A DNA stretch of 64,000 bases, taken from NCBI GenBank assembly GCA_965644295.1, contig CBFFRP010000389.1, positions 15,310-79,309 of the forward strand, given 5' to 3'. Positions 47,133-60,310 of the stretch are shown here, in pieces (positions within the stretch are counted from its first letter, which is position 1; the number at the start of each line of letters is the position of its first letter). The notes beneath the pieces are model-generated. The model worked only from the letters and a program-made list of their open reading frames with translations, was not told the origin of the DNA and ran no database searches. The position numbers and the translations under genes were made by a program. The stretch comes from Paraphysomonas bandaiensis. Taxonomy: Eukaryota > Protista > Chrysophyceae.

Positions 47133-50100
47133 TTACGGCGTGATCTGATCAACACCAAACAGCATTCTTCGCCTCTCCTCGGCTGAAATGTTCCTAGTGT
47201 ACATCACTCTGTTCAGTTTAATGAGAGCCGTGATAAAGTCTTGTGATGAAAATGTAGTCCCGGAGTTATTACAGCCGTCGCCTAAAGTTTCAACTAAAGC
47301 AACAGGGCCGCTAATCATCCTGTGCAGTGTACTTCCAGGACTAGAAGATGCCATATTTTGAAAATCTTGAAGCCATCCACGAACTTCAAAATCATCTGTA
47401 AAAATGGTGCGTTCGACAGCTATGGGAGCGGACGAAGCCATCACATCTCCGAATGCAGTGAGGTCTTCTGCAAGTACCTTCTGCACGTACTGGGCAACGG
47501 CAGTAGCATAAACTTCCTGAGATAGAACGAAGTCGTGCACGAGAGTGGAATGCGCAGAGCGCAAGACAGTACCAGGAGTATCATATGGACGAGTACGACA
47601 GAAAAACCATGCCGTACCGTAGTTGGGGTCAGCATTAACACACCTGCAGACACATTAAATAAGACAACTGATAATTCCGAAATCTACCTTCTGTATAGCC
47701 TGTCGATTTTGACATGCTTATAAGCCTCAGTGCAGTAGCCGATGTCAAGACACATCGCTCCAACCAAGTGCATATTTTCCCGCCTCTTCTCCACTCCAGC
47801 CACGCCACCTGCATCATGCCACAGCCCATCACTGTCGTAGTAAGCGATGTCCCTGAGCTCTTGCAGTCCTCTCTCTCCCTTCTCGAGGATACTACTGCTA
47901 TCGGACTCTGTGTCGTACCGCTCGATGAGATGCATGAATCGCGACCACGGAACCCCCATCAGTGTCAGAACTCGAGGCAGGACCACCTGGATCAACATCT
48001 CAAGTCGCACATACTCTATGAAGGAGTCTCCATACTGAGGAGTAAATTGTATTGCAAATGCGAGGTATTTCTGTGCCTTTCCGAGATCAAATGACGAGGG
48101 ACAGAGTGGATTCAAAAGTGTTCTTGCCCCCTCGCACCACACTTCCCCACTCTTTGGTACTACCTGAAGGGCGCGAGAGAGAATGGTATACTTCGAGGGC
48201 ACTTCATAGTCCGATGGCGGAATTATATCGCTGTACTCAGTGCGGTCCAATCCAGAGAAAAGAATTTCCTCGGTGGCTTGGGTAAGTGTCACCCGTCCGC
48301 GCCACTCAATGCGGTGGGACAGCTGTACCACAAGAGCCCACAGACGACCGGAACCCGAGTCGAGGGTAAGTGCTTTGTCCGCCAAATACACCGCGCCAGA
48401 TACATTACCAGCCCGCGCCTCCACTAGAACTGTCTCTAAAAATATCTTCCATTCATTTTTAATATCCCGTCGGGCTCGCAGTAGAATCTTACGAGAAGCA
48501 TTTATATTTCCCTGAAATTCTTCCAACCTGGAACACTCGAGCCAAACGTGGTATTTAGACTTTTCAGGGACCTCTGCGTGTGCCTGGCGCAGCAGCAATT
48601 TGGCTGTGCAAGTCTGCCCAACGCTCAGTTCCATACGCGCGCCTGCCAAGTAAACTTTCCATCGTAAATTCGGGGGGCAAGTCATAAGACTTTGCGTGAA
48701 GCACTGCCGCGCATTTGCAAAGAGCTCGTGCCTGCACTGCATGAGAGGTTTGCCAGTGCTAAGATGCCGGCCTAGGGCTACTATCTCTGCCGCCCTTTCT
48801 TCGGTCTGAGCCTGCTCAAAGTGGATCTTCCAAACCAGCTCTTTGCTGATGCTACACACCGCTTTCTCACACTCCGCGCGGGTGTGGGTGAGCCGAGGTT
48901 CCTCGTCCCCGCTTGTCCATCTACTCGCCTCCTCCATCATATCCCTCCGCTCCATCAAGCGTAACTTACCGAACCAGAGAGGTCCATATCGTGGCAGCTC
49001 CGCCAAGCCCTTCTCTACCACAGTTAGGGCTCGATCGTATAGATCCGCCTTCTCCTCCAGTCGGAAGGCCTCTTGATATACGGGCCCATACCATGGCACC
49101 TTACGTATAAGAGCAGTCAGTAGCTTGCGTGCAACAGCGATGTTCCCTGCGCGTGACTCGAGTAGTGCCCCCTCGAGAACAGTTCTCCATATCACTTCTA
49201 TGGATCCGTTCTGTAATCGTCCTAACATTTCCCGAGCGCCACCGATATTGTTCAGTCTCTCATGCTGTTTGATAGCCTTGGTCAGAAGTACCTCGCTATT
49301 CTTGTTTGTGCGAGCGCCCCTACGCAGGATCTTCAGAGATTCCTCCAGGTGACCACATTCCTCCTCCATCTTAGACCATTCCAACCACCCTTGGTTCAAA
49401 GAAGGATATTCCCGACATACTTTAGCGTACATGTACCTGGCCTATAAATATGTACAGGTAAAAATCAGATCACACAGATAGCGTACGGGATATAAGTACT
49501 CACATCGTCGTATCGGCTATTCCGTTTAAGAGTATCGGCGACGTCAATCAAGGCGCGCCACTTTACTTTCTCTGGAATTTTCGGGATTTCTGACTTTGCA
49601 TACGCAACTGCCTCAACGACAGACTCTCCCTCCTTACTCTTGAACACCTTCACGAAGTTCTTGTATATGGACTTGCTTACGGGAGACTCAACCTGCTCTT
49701 GTCTACTTTTGGGAGATTTCGACCGTTTGCTCGAGTCTTTTGTTTCACTCCCGCTAATAGCACCTACTATATCGCCTTGTGATTGTCTTTGCTGATGAAA
49801 GTGCTGCTGCACGTGTGTAGCGTGTGGCTGCTGCTGCGAAGACACATAACGATTGTCATTAGGGTATTGGTACAGGAGCTTGGATTCAGTCCCGTAACCC
49901 TGCTGCTGCGAATAAACGGGAGGTGGGTGGCTATGCTGACTACTTCCCCAGCGACCTTGATTGCGCTGTTGGTGATAGATGGGCTCGTATCCTGGTGGGG
50001 GGTTAACTTGTTGACCATACTTTGTCTTCTCGATGTGGTTCGAGTGTTGGTGGCTCGAATATCCCATTGTCTGTGGCTGCTGTTGATGCTGCTGTCGACG

Positions 50101-50952
50101 AGATGCATCAGGTACATTGGATGATTCAGTTTGAAAAGGGTGCTGCTGCTGGAGGTGCTGAGGGTAAAACGGTATACTGTGTACGTTCTTGCCAGGTGAG
50201 AACAGGGATGGAACCCCGATAGAGTCGTTGTCATCATACTTCTGAGACCGTTCCACTTCTCCCCCAAGAAAAATGCCCCCATCTTCAGATCCAGAATAGT
50301 GTTTACGGAGACCAGAATGTTGAGATTGAACATTTACATCTCGCTCTTTATCAACCTGAAGACTCCTTATTGCTTTGGACAAGGGCGTAGATCGATCATA
50401 GCTGTTTATTCTGTGAAGTTCACGATCATCTGAAAACAACCCTCCCCCGCCCAGTGGTCCTGAGTACAACTCATCACCTTCACTGGAAAAACGATCCCTC
50501 ATATGAGGATGATGTATACTTTGCACTAAATCCTGAAGAGAATAATCATCACCAAAGGAAGATTTCTTTTCTAAACGAGGTGACAAATCACTAAATATCT
50601 GTAATGCATTACTTCTATCAGAGGAATCACTCATACGATCCAAATGCATTAAATGATCATAGTCTTCATCTCTTTCATTAATATCTACTAATCCAGGTCG
50701 TTCACCAGCTCCTGGTGTTCGTCTTATAGGTCCTTCTTTAGGACAATATACAGGACCAGGTGTTAATGTTGCTTTTCTTGTTTCCTCATGACCAATAGAT
50801 GAAAATAAATGATCATGTTCATTATAATCATAACATCTTTCATATGATTCAATGATTTCATTTTCAGATGTATCTTCTAATCTTTCTTCAGATAATGAAA
50901 GTAATTGAATTAATGAATGTGTAGGATATTTTGAATTACTATTCGATTTCAT
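47133..50952 (-). CDS. HAT/TPR-repeat protein (PRP6-like repeats) with low-complexity N-terminus; 3 exons
   Basis: GWLEWSKMEEECG, VPWYGPVYQEAFRLEE, VPKSGEVWCEGAR, AIQFTPQYGDSFIEY, RCVNADPNYG; GT-AG introns near 49444-49501 and 47646-47690. Confidence 0.8.
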
Positions 50953-52194
50953 ATTTATGATTTACTATATACATTAATATTCACTTATATATACGTATAT
51001 TGTCCTTGTTATTCCTATATATATATATATGTATGTATGTAGTAGTGTTAAACTTCCTATTGAAGGCTGTTACTTTCACTTCTACTTTCAAGAACAAGAA
51101 GTCCTTTCAGGGGTTTGTCGATCCAGTACATATGGACTTGTACTATATACATGTACACAGTATATAGAGCAGCTGACAGGCCACTTCCATATATGGGTAC
51201 GTACATATGATTGTACAAAGTGCGTAGGAATACTGTGTCTACAGAAGAACTCAGAATAATTGAATACAGTAGAATACAGATCACAATACAGTTCAAATTA
51301 TTTAAAATATGTGTATGGTGTTTCATATCATAAAAAAGAACATATTTCACTCAGTATCTTAAACAGGTAGCAAATATTTCAGTTCCCTATTCATAGAATA
51401 ATGGCACAAAGAATGCAAGTCCTATTTGTGTACTTTGATTGCCCAATATATGGATATCTGGACAGATCCAATGTAGATATCAAAAGAGTAGATGTGATAA
51501 ATAAGATAGAGTAGGTTTAATCACATTGCTGTTACCACATGCATCCATCTATACTGTTGGTTTTACTTCGATTGTACAGCACACATATACCTCGATTGCC
51601 TTGCTAATACAGTGATCAGTTGGCATCTGTTGAATCTATTATGTTTAGACTTTCTGGTAAACTTGTAGTGAATTCTGAACTCTAGTAGGCAGGCTGGAAC
51701 GTTTTACATCAGGTTGCTCTCTCTCAGGAAGCCCAAAGACTTTTACACGAATTCCAAGAGGAATCTCTTTGAATAGTCTCTCCGTATAGTGGTATGAGTC
51801 TGACAGTGCTGATTGAGCACCAATAATCGACAGCATGAGTAGAGTGCATGAAATAACAAGATTTAGTCAATGTGGTAGTTCAATTGTGTGAGGCCCATTG
51901 CTTGGTTCTGGTTGATGAAAATAGCATAATAGAGATATTTCAACCAATAAAAAGCATGCATGGATACACACACTCTGTAATTTTATTTTAACTTTAAATC
52001 CCTATGTGAAAGTAGAACACAGCTAAGTTCGCATGATGTTGTGTTGAGGTTCCCGGTATTCATGTAAGTATAATGGGTGTAGTTTCATGCGAAAAGCACA
52101 GCAGCAAAAACTTAAAACCATTGTCGTGACAATACGAAGTGCAAAGAATATTTAAATAACAGTTTTAAACTGTGTATTACTATCTTATAAACAG

Positions 52195-53469
52195 CTATAA
52201 CGGAGAAAATATAGGTGACATTTCGTACTTGGAAATAATATCTGGTTTCATTGGACACTTTACATTGAACACTAGCAATGACGGGCAGCAAAGTGAAATA
52301 TTAAAATGAGAGAAGCACCTACGTAGGGGAGCATCAGAGTTGCTAATCACTCCAATGTGAGATAGTCGGCTAGAAACAATCTGGCACTCACAGCACACTA
52401 ATAACGGGAGCGAGTCGATGGAATTCTCTTCACAATGCGAATGCCATAAGCTCTGCATTGCGTCCATCAGCACGGGACATCCAACTATATTAAGAGAAGA
52501 CAATGCACGACTAGTAACATAAAGCTGTGACAAAGCAGATAGCATGCTGACATCAAGCGCAGTAAGTCTATCCACATACAAATCCAAGCAAGAGAGACCT
52601 AAGCATCCACGAACGAGCACCTCTTGAAGTGAACGACTCAGGATCCGCATAGTGGTCAAAGACGTGCACATCCTGGTGTTGACTCGGACCAGTGAGTCAG
52701 AATTGATGCACACCTCAGTTAAGTACAGACAGCACTCCACAGACAAGTATTGTAAATTACGGTTTGTGGTAATAACATCCTCCAGACATTCGGCAGTGAT
52801 CCCAGTATTGCTCAAGTCACAGGTGATAAGCCACCCACCCGAGTGAAGGTGACGGAGGCGAGGGCATCTCGTGACAGTTAGATCTCTAACCATGACAGAG
52901 TTCGCTATTCCACTGCAAAGGTCAGCGTTTTGGAGTTCAAATGCCGTGTCTACGCGAAAGCTACGCAGGCATGGAAGAGATTTCGCAATATTTGACAGAG
53001 CCATGTCACAGAGAGCTGGACAAGATGTCAACTGTAAACTGCGTAGGAATCGCATGACACGGACTAGTGCATAAAGTATGTATGAGGAACATAAAACATT
53101 AGACAGTTTAGCTTCTGTAAGGTAATTTTGCTTAACCTCTTCATTATGCAACAGGGTCTCAGGTGAAGAAGAATGTATCAAATCTATTGAACATAGTTCC
53201 AAATAACGCAGTTTGGAATCGGTGACTATATCTACGATATCCACTAGACGTAACGATAACCTCGGATGATGACTAGAAGAGCTGATCGTTAATCTACATA
53301 GATTGGGAAACTTGCGTTTAATACGATTGACAGACAATGGGAAGCTTCCCGTAACTGTCACATAACCAAAGTATTGTAGGCAGTTGTGGAGTGTTTTTGA
53401 AACCACACTGAGAGATAAAATATCTTGTATGAGTAGGTACTCACAAACAAATAGAACAACTTGGTCCAT
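52195..53469 (-). CDS. F-box/leucine-rich-repeat protein (cysteine-containing LRR)
   Basis: N-terminal VCEYLLIQDILSLSVVSKTL; repeats LRSLQLTSCPAL, LQYLSVECCLYL, LSSLNIVGCPVL. Confidence 0.75.
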   Translation of the reverse strand: MDQVVLFVCEYLLIQDILSLSVVSKTLHNCLQYFGYVTVTGSFPLSVNRIKRKFPNLCRLTISSSSHHPRLSLRLVDIVDIVTDSKLRYLELCSIDLIHSSSPETLLHNEEVKQNYLTEAKLSNVLCSSYILYALVRVMRFLRSLQLTSCPALCDMALSNIAKSLPCLRSFRVDTAFELQNADLCSGIANSVMVRDLTVTRCPRLRHLHSGGWLITCDLSNTGITAECLEDVITTNRNLQYLSVECCLYLTEVCINSDSLVRVNTRMCTSLTTMRILSRSLQEVLVRGCLGLSCLDLYVDRLTALDVSMLSALSQLYVTSRALSSLNIVGCPVLMDAMQSLWHSHCEENSIDSLPLLVCCECQIVSSRLSHIGVISNSDAPLRRCFSHFNISLCCPSLLVFNVKCPMKPDIISKYEMSPIFSPL

Positions 53470-53965
53470 GTGTCTGTATAAACACTTATAGAGAATCAGG
53501 GGCTATATAGACCCTCATATATACTAGAAGATGTGTGAGAAGGAATCGAGTTGAAGAGTTCATGTGTAAGATGGGGTGTATAGATAGAACTGCACTGGAC
53601 GTGCCTGTATAATGATTAAGCTCAACAGGTCAACAGGACATACACACAGCCGATACATACAGTACCACTCGCTCCTATACATCGCCTACTCCCTGCAGAA
53701 GAATACCAGAAAATACGGCGAATATAAGTATGTATATGAGTATTGTATGTACTGTAGGGCCGGTAGGGGTGATACGTAGGGTTGGAGGTATACAGCAGTA
53801 TTCTACTGAACAGTTTCTTATTGTTCCATCTACACTATTGAGATATGAGCGATAGCATGCTGCTGTATACTAGCATATGATTCCATCATATCACATGACT
53901 TGATATTCAGACAACAGTGTGATACAAACATACTACATCATCCTTCGTCATGAAATAAATTATAA

Positions 53966-54538
53966 ATGGGTAGCAGTGCATCACTGATATTTCCATCAAA
54001 ATCAACTGATATAAATAATCGCAGTGAAACATATCTTACACAAGGTCAGGAATTCTCTGAAACACTTTCAGATGATGAAAGTGATGTTGAATTTGACGGT
54101 TTTCCGGATTTTGGATACGAAAATAGTTTAGATGAAGTCGAGAATAATTGTGCTATCGGAAGAGGAACCTTCGTGTCTATAATAAATGGAGTCAACAAAC
54201 AGTGTAAGCAGAAAATTGAAGAAGCAGAAATCATCTCTACTTACGAAAATGGGTTTGATGAAGAAACCGGTGAACCGTATCCCAACAGGCACATTCTCGA
54301 AGCTATGATATCCAGGGGATCTCAGATCATTATGTCACAGTGGTGCGCAGCGAATATGCTTGATGCTGTAAATCAGATAGCACTCGTAAAAAATTCTCGG
54401 AATATTAGAACAGGGAATTATGTAGATGGCGTAGTGGATGCTCAGAAGTACTTGAGAAAAGTCGATCTCTTTGATGATTGCCATAATGATGAGATAGCGG
54501 TACCTCCCATCGAAGATTCTGTAGGAACACAGGCATAA
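53966..54538 (+). CDS. Hypothetical acidic protein with N-myristoylation-like start (MGSSAS)
   Basis: 190-aa ORF with a plausible start context (ATAA-ATG), divergent from the F-box gene. Confidence 0.6.
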   Translation: MGSSASLIFPSKSTDINNRSETYLTQGQEFSETLSDDESDVEFDGFPDFGYENSLDEVENNCAIGRGTFVSIINGVNKQCKQKIEEAEIISTYENGFDEETGEPYPNRHILEAMISRGSQIIMSQWCAANMLDAVNQIALVKNSRNIRTGNYVDGVVDAQKYLRKVDLFDDCHNDEIAVPPIEDSVGTQA

Positions 54539-54875
54539 TTAAATTGAGATCGATTATATTTGATATTTGTTTAACAATATATCCTTTCGGATGTTTTCCA
54601 AAAAGAATTCCTTATTAACGATTTTTCGAAACGTATGCGATGTGAGTGATCTGTAATTTATTTTGTGTAGTGAATAATGTATAAAATACCTAATTAATAA
54701 GTAAAGTTTGGCCATATTTGGGGTAATGCTGATAGGTTTTGAGTCATCGAGGACAATATATAGGTATTGGATCCCGTGTAAAATATTGGGACATGCATTA
54801 ACGCAAGCTGACAATATATTCGAATATGCTGTTTATGAGCACTAATACAAGTGTCGCAATTTTTACGATGATATC

Positions 54876-55478
54876 AAAGATTGATGAAAGGCTATAATAT
54901 TCATAGAATTATCTCACATAATAATTCATTTAATTAATTGGCGATATGAGCAATAAACTGAGTCATTGCACGAATGTTCTTTGAGGAAATAAATGATAAT
55001 AACGAAAAGGTTGCAATATGGAGACTTGACAATGCACGATGCACGGAGTGTCCTGTAGGAAAGGTGTTCTGAAGGGAAAGTAGGGTTATGGGTGGAGAAA
55101 ACACAGTGGTACTTTGCTAGAATCTAGTTCAGAAAGAGGGCGACGCAGCGCAACGTTTGAGTGATGGTAGCAGGTAGCGGAAGCGAGCACGTCTTAACCA
55201 GCAAACTCGTTACCGCAGCATAAAGCATGCCACAACTTATAAGGTTAAAAGGTTGTTCAGTGGAGCTAAAATATAAAATAGTTATGCCTGATCTGAGAAA
55301 GAAGAGTATGACTCCTCGAAATCTAGAATTACTTATCTTTTTACGCTTGAACCGTCGCCCCTGGAATGAAATGACAGCTGAGGTAGCTATATTAGCAGCT
55401 AATGTCGCTTACGTCGTAGTATTCAATAATTGAAAATAATTGACTACAACCTGCGTCAATTAATTGATACGCAGCCCT
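54876..55478 (+). mobile_element. Second, partial copy of the 17925-19191 hAT family
   Basis: Shares CTATAATAT.CATAG.ATTATCTCACATA, GACGCAGCGCAACGTTTG, CTGGAATGAAATGACAG and right TIR CAATTAATTGATACGCAGCCCT; ORF fragment RKKSMTPRNLELLIFLRLNRRPWNEMT. Confidence 0.85.
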
Positions 55479-55654
55479 TCTAAAAGGAGGACAGGCACTG
55501 GCTGTAGTGAACCGGCCAGGCAAGTCCTTCCTTCTCTCAAAAATGTCTGGCAGCAACAGTAAAATTGGTAGATAATTCATCCATTTCGGAGTGGTTGAGT
55601 AATACACCACCACAAAACCAGCCACGAGATGAGTGATGCATTAAATTCAATTAA

Positions 55655-56680
55655 TTAACTTTTCTTTAATTTTCCCAAAATATGATTATTTTCAAGAGAA
55701 GACGCACTTCGAAATGTGTTTGACATGTATAACATGCCATGATACAAGAAATACAAAGGCATGCATATCCAAAATGATATTACCAGCCAGTAAAACCTCC
55801 ATCGCAGCAAGTAATTCCATCGGAATCCTAAAATTTGCTGTCCAACTAAAAAGTTCTCAGGAAAATTCACAGCATACCACGACAACCAGCCATTTAGTGG
55901 ACTTTGAACTATTTGTGCAATATTGACTCTATTGTCCGTAAAGTTTTCGAAGCGGTTTTCAGGCGAAACTTCTCCGACGTGGTGGTAACCAATTCGCTCC
56001 CAAAATCCATGAACGCTGTCGTCCACGTCATTAACAAGGTCAAGTCTAACTAGCCATTTACAACTTTTATAGCCGTACAGATCAGGAAACATAATACGGA
56101 CGCAACCGTGCTCCATCGGTAAGGAAGGCTGAGACTGAGTGGGGTCGATTTGGCCATCCTTAGGCTCATAATCAAAGACCAAATAAGCGTCGTGCTCATA
56201 TAAAGCAGACCGAGGCAACGTTGTAGTGTACATATCCGCTCCATACTGCACCATTTTATTCCATGACTTGTCAGACTCTTGCAAACCCAACGCTGTATTC
56301 AACAGGGAGAGTAGCCGCAACCCTTTCAGCTGCAATCCCAGACACGACCAACTAGTAACACAATGAAAATCCATATGAATACATTCAACAGAAGGATGAT
56401 TTATAATATCTTGCATCGTAATTCTCTTTATAATAGAATTATGTCGTATTTCTAATGTCCAATTAGTCATAGAAAATGAAAAGTTTGTAGGTCGCATATC
56501 CAGCACCAGCCATCTAGGAGCCAGAGTCTGACCCATAGGCAAACCATTATCTTGAACTACTCGATTAGTTTTACTTTTACCATTACGATTCTTTTCTTTT
56601 GCTTTTTGTAACATGTATTGTTTCTTTTTAAGTTGTATTTGAACATTCAGATCATTCATATCGGGGCCCATACTGTCCAT
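55655..56680 (-). CDS. Molybdopterin-binding sulfite-oxidase-family oxidoreductase (YuiH/MsrP-like) with C-terminal TM helix; intronless
   Basis: DFHCVTSWS (Mo-ligand Cys), YTTTLP, LPMEHG, LYGYKSCKWLVRL, GFWERIGYH. Confidence 0.8.
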   Translation of the reverse strand: MDSMGPDMNDLNVQIQLKKKQYMLQKAKEKNRNGKSKTNRVVQDNGLPMGQTLAPRWLVLDMRPTNFSFSMTNWTLEIRHNSIIKRITMQDIINHPSVECIHMDFHCVTSWSCLGLQLKGLRLLSLLNTALGLQESDKSWNKMVQYGADMYTTTLPRSALYEHDAYLVFDYEPKDGQIDPTQSQPSLPMEHGCVRIMFPDLYGYKSCKWLVRLDLVNDVDDSVHGFWERIGYHHVGEVSPENRFENFTDNRVNIAQIVQSPLNGWLSWYAVNFPENFLVGQQILGFRWNYLLRWRFYWLVISFWICMPLYFLYHGMLYMSNTFRSASSLENNHILGKLKKS

Positions 56681-56936
56681 GATGAGTTGTATAGTATGTG
56701 GTGGAATCAATTCACTGGTGATTATTGAGATTAGAGGGATATAATGATGTTGTCAATTCATAACATCTTCTTGTAATTATAGAGATTATATATAAATATG
56801 TACATGTTAACTGAGGAATTGACAGCAAGAGATATGCAGCATCTCTACGAGATTATATGCCTACCTACCTGCCTACCTACGTGCATACGTACTCACGTAC
56901 ATACATGAATACGTACCTACCTACATAATGTATGTA

Positions 56937-56950
56937 CATACATACATACA

Positions 56951-56981
<31 letters not shown>

Positions 56982-57160
56982 GTACATACATACATACATA
57001 CATACATACATACATACATACATACATACATACATACATACATACATACATACATACATACATACATACATACATACATACATACATACATACATACATA
57101 CATACATACATACATACATACATACATACATACATACATACATACATACATACATACATA
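56937..57160 (+). repeat. (TACA)n microsatellite in divergent promoter
   Basis: Direct tandem repeat. Confidence 0.97.
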
Positions 57161-57565
57161 CGTATCGGGTGCGACCGTACTACGATGTAGATGGTTGGAG
57201 GAATATAAAACGCATATAGCTAGAGCTGTATGTATGTATGCTCTGATGTGTATCGTATGCCTATCCATGTTTTTGTATGTATATATGCACAGTACGGTTA
57301 ACAGTACATGTATATGGAATCACCTGCATTTAAATATATATACAATCAAGAAGCTCATTGTTTCATTGGTATATACAATCATACGATAACTTGCATACAA
57401 TGCAAGTGAAAGTTTACTACTTATCACTCATACATACACTTATATAAGTCATATCTTTCTTATTGGCTCGCTTGATGTCTGTATAATCACATACTGCACA
57501 TACACATACATACATACATATATACGATACCAGTGAAGAGTATATAGATACAAAGATTAAATACA

Positions 57566-59456
57566 ATGAGTGGAAGATCAAGAGCGGATCCAAATGATTG
57601 GGCAAGAAAACGAAAGGTTGAATTATGATAGTCATAAATATACTTCTAGTTATGTATGTATATTTTAGGAAGCAATCGAAAGAGCGAAACAACTTCGAGA
57701 AGAACGAAAATCTGGAAACAATGAGCTTGATGAGAACTATACGTTTAAACCTCAAGTTAATAAGAGACCCCAATATCTTCAACGAGGTGACTCTCTTGAT
57801 AATTTAACAGGGGCATCACAGGATACAAATGGCAATATATTTGAACAGCCATTGCCTGGATCCAGAAAACCGAACCCGAATGATATATTTGAGCAGGCGG
57901 TGCCAAGTGATGGCTTAAACCCTTCTCCCCTTGATTCATTAGGCTCAGAGCTCAATAGATATCCGACAAAGTCTAAGTATGATGGGGATACCGGTACGGG
58001 AAGCGCGAGTCCGTTCCGCAGCAAATTTATGCAGCAGTACGAAAATCAAGGCTATGACAATTCATCTGCTGGTAGAAACGGTTTTGTTGAACCAACACCG
58101 GAGCCGCCGCAGCGATCCACTGCTGATGTCGAAGCGGAGGAGACATTCTTGAGCACCTTGCGTGGTGGTAATTCAACCAGTGGCAATTCGGATGGCCCGG
58201 GTTGGAACGATGACACATCATCACCAGGAATACCACAGCTCCAGCGAAAAGTATCGTATCGCCGGCGTAAATCTAACCAAGGCGCCGCAACTCGCCCCCC
58301 CCCTCCAGTGATACAACCCAGGCGAAGTGGGAGGAATATGCCTGAGTGGAATTCGGACACGGAATTTGTCCCTGGGGAACCCCCCGCTCTGCACCAAGGG
58401 CGTAGAGAATGTGTTCAGTCTTCTCCCTCTACTATGCGAGGTGCTGAAAGTAGCCGAGGGTCTAACCAACATGGGGGAGATGTGAGCCATGCGAAGTCAA
58501 GACTCTCACTCCTTAAGTCAAAGATGAAACGGTCTGATAGTGGTGGAGATCTTCGCTCCCTCTCAGCACAGAACGGCAGAGACAAATCAGATGAGAGAAG
58601 GAAGGATACACGCCAACCATCTTCAAATGACGGGGACTATGGGTATGAGCCTACTCCTTCTGGATCTGCGCGGGTTAGGGTGATGAGTGAAGAAGGCGCA
58701 GCTAGCTTGCCACCACGATCTTCCCGACCAAGAGATCAAACTCACCAGCAACACACTTACCGACAGGAGGAGGCACACCATAGTGAGCCGCCACAACAGC
58801 CGACTCGGCGACCCTCCAGACATGCAACCCCTCCCCCTGATCGTCATAACGCTCCCAGTCCTGCTCAGTTTGGCGATGCTGTTCCAGATGAAGCTGATAC
58901 AGGCGAGCAGCGACAGTGTCCTGACTGTGGCAGGAAATTCAACCCTATTCCTTATGAAAAGCATATTAAAATATGCGCCAAGGTATTTCTACAGAAGAGG
59001 AAGGCATTTGATTCGAAGAAGATGCGCATTAATGACAATCCGGAGTTGGTGCAAATTATCAAAAAGCAAGAACGCGTACAGAAGAAGGTACAAAAGCAAG
59101 CAGCCCCCGCGCACAGTGACAAGCCAGTGGGAGGTGGCAAGGGTGCCAAGTGGAAAGAGCAGTCGAATGAGCTGCGTATTGCAATGAAGGCTGCACGAAT
59201 GGCGGCACGAGCTGAGGCCACAGGGGAGCCCATGCCAGTTGTACAGAGCGCGCCAGACTCTTCACTTGTTCCCTGTCCTAATTGTGGAAGAACTTTCAAT
59301 GAGAGAGCTGCAGAGAGGCATATTCCTCAGTGTAAAAATATTCGTGCCCAACCGAAAATGTTGATGAGAGGATCTGGAGGGTCAGGCGGAAGGAATGGTG
59401 CACCCACTGCGAAGACGAAGGGGGGTATTGCTTCTAAGCCGAAGAAGTTAAGGTAA
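57566..59456 (+). CDS. C2HC-type zinc finger protein (ZC2HC1/FAM164-like), 2 exons
   Basis: QCPDCGRKFNPIPYEKHIKIC, RKAFDSKKMR, KWKEQSNELR, PCPNCGRTFNERAAERHIPQC; 5' exon MSGRSRADPNDWARKRK spliced to EAIERAKQLREE. Confidence 0.85.
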
Positions 59457-59723
59457 CATATTACCCGCCATGTAGAGAACATGTCTTGGTGTTACACCCA
59501 GCAATGGTGACATAACGTATTTTTGTATTAAGACGTTGAATTGTGTGAAATACGAACCAGGCGTATAGCAATAGATAATAATAGCATTTGATGGAATGAC
59601 CATAATAATTCGTGAGTTGCGTTTGTGGTACATGCTACATCAACTGTTTAAGGAATTTTGTAGTATGCGATTGTCACTCAATCAGCAATATTAGAATTAT
59701 TAGAATTAAGCATTACATTGAAG

Positions 59724-60001
59724 CAGGGTCAGTCAACAATATATTGCCAGCAGAAAGGAACAATAATAATATTTTCAAGACCAATAATTACTACTAAGTA
59801 TGTCGCAATATAGTAGATGTGTTACGTGATTATGAAGAGTAGTTTATGATTAATCAAGTATATTTCCTAAGACACACTAGCATGAGCAATATATTGCGAG
59901 ACCAAATTTTGCTAAAATAATAATCAATGTATTATATATTGTAGCAAGCAAACATAAATAATTGCAATATTTATATTGCAATATATTTTTGACTGGTCCT
60001 G
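59724..60001. mobile_element. hAT-type MITE (278 bp)
   Basis: TIRs CAGGGTCAGTCAACAATATATTGC / GCAATATATTTTTGACTGGTCCTG; perfect 8-bp TSD CATTGAAG (59716-59723, 60002-60009). Confidence 0.9.
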
Positions 60002-60233
60002 CATTGAAGTTAACCTTGAGCTACGCGTAATCCTTATCCTTGCTTTGTTGCACACCACACCATGTACTCTCAAGAAATAAAATTATTAATGTCAATACTT
60101 CACACATCACAACATATTCTGTTCTCAAAATTATTGAAAGTCTTGTTATTTAGCAATAGGCGTTAAATATAGTGGCTAGTTGAATGCTAGACATACTAGT
60201 TAGACCTCCACCCATAACTAATCAGCACAAATT

Positions 60234-60310
60234 CTATTATCCTACTATTTAGCGCTACAGAAGCTGCTTGTGTGTCGCCGCAAGCACCAAGGTGCGACCA
60301 CTTCCGTTCT
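60234..60310 (-). repeat. Structured SINE-like repeat, copy 5
   Basis: ATCCTACTATTTAGCGCTACAGAAGCTGCTTGTGTGTCGCCGCAAGCACCAAGGTGCGAC matches 19217-19277. Confidence 0.75.

Noticed and set aside
51645-51836. 63-aa minus-strand ORF
   Set aside because: Short, no motif and no supporting exon structure
53673-53780. Imperfect inverted repeat in the F-box/unknown gene promoter
   Set aside because: Too degenerate, with no TSD and no second copy in the window
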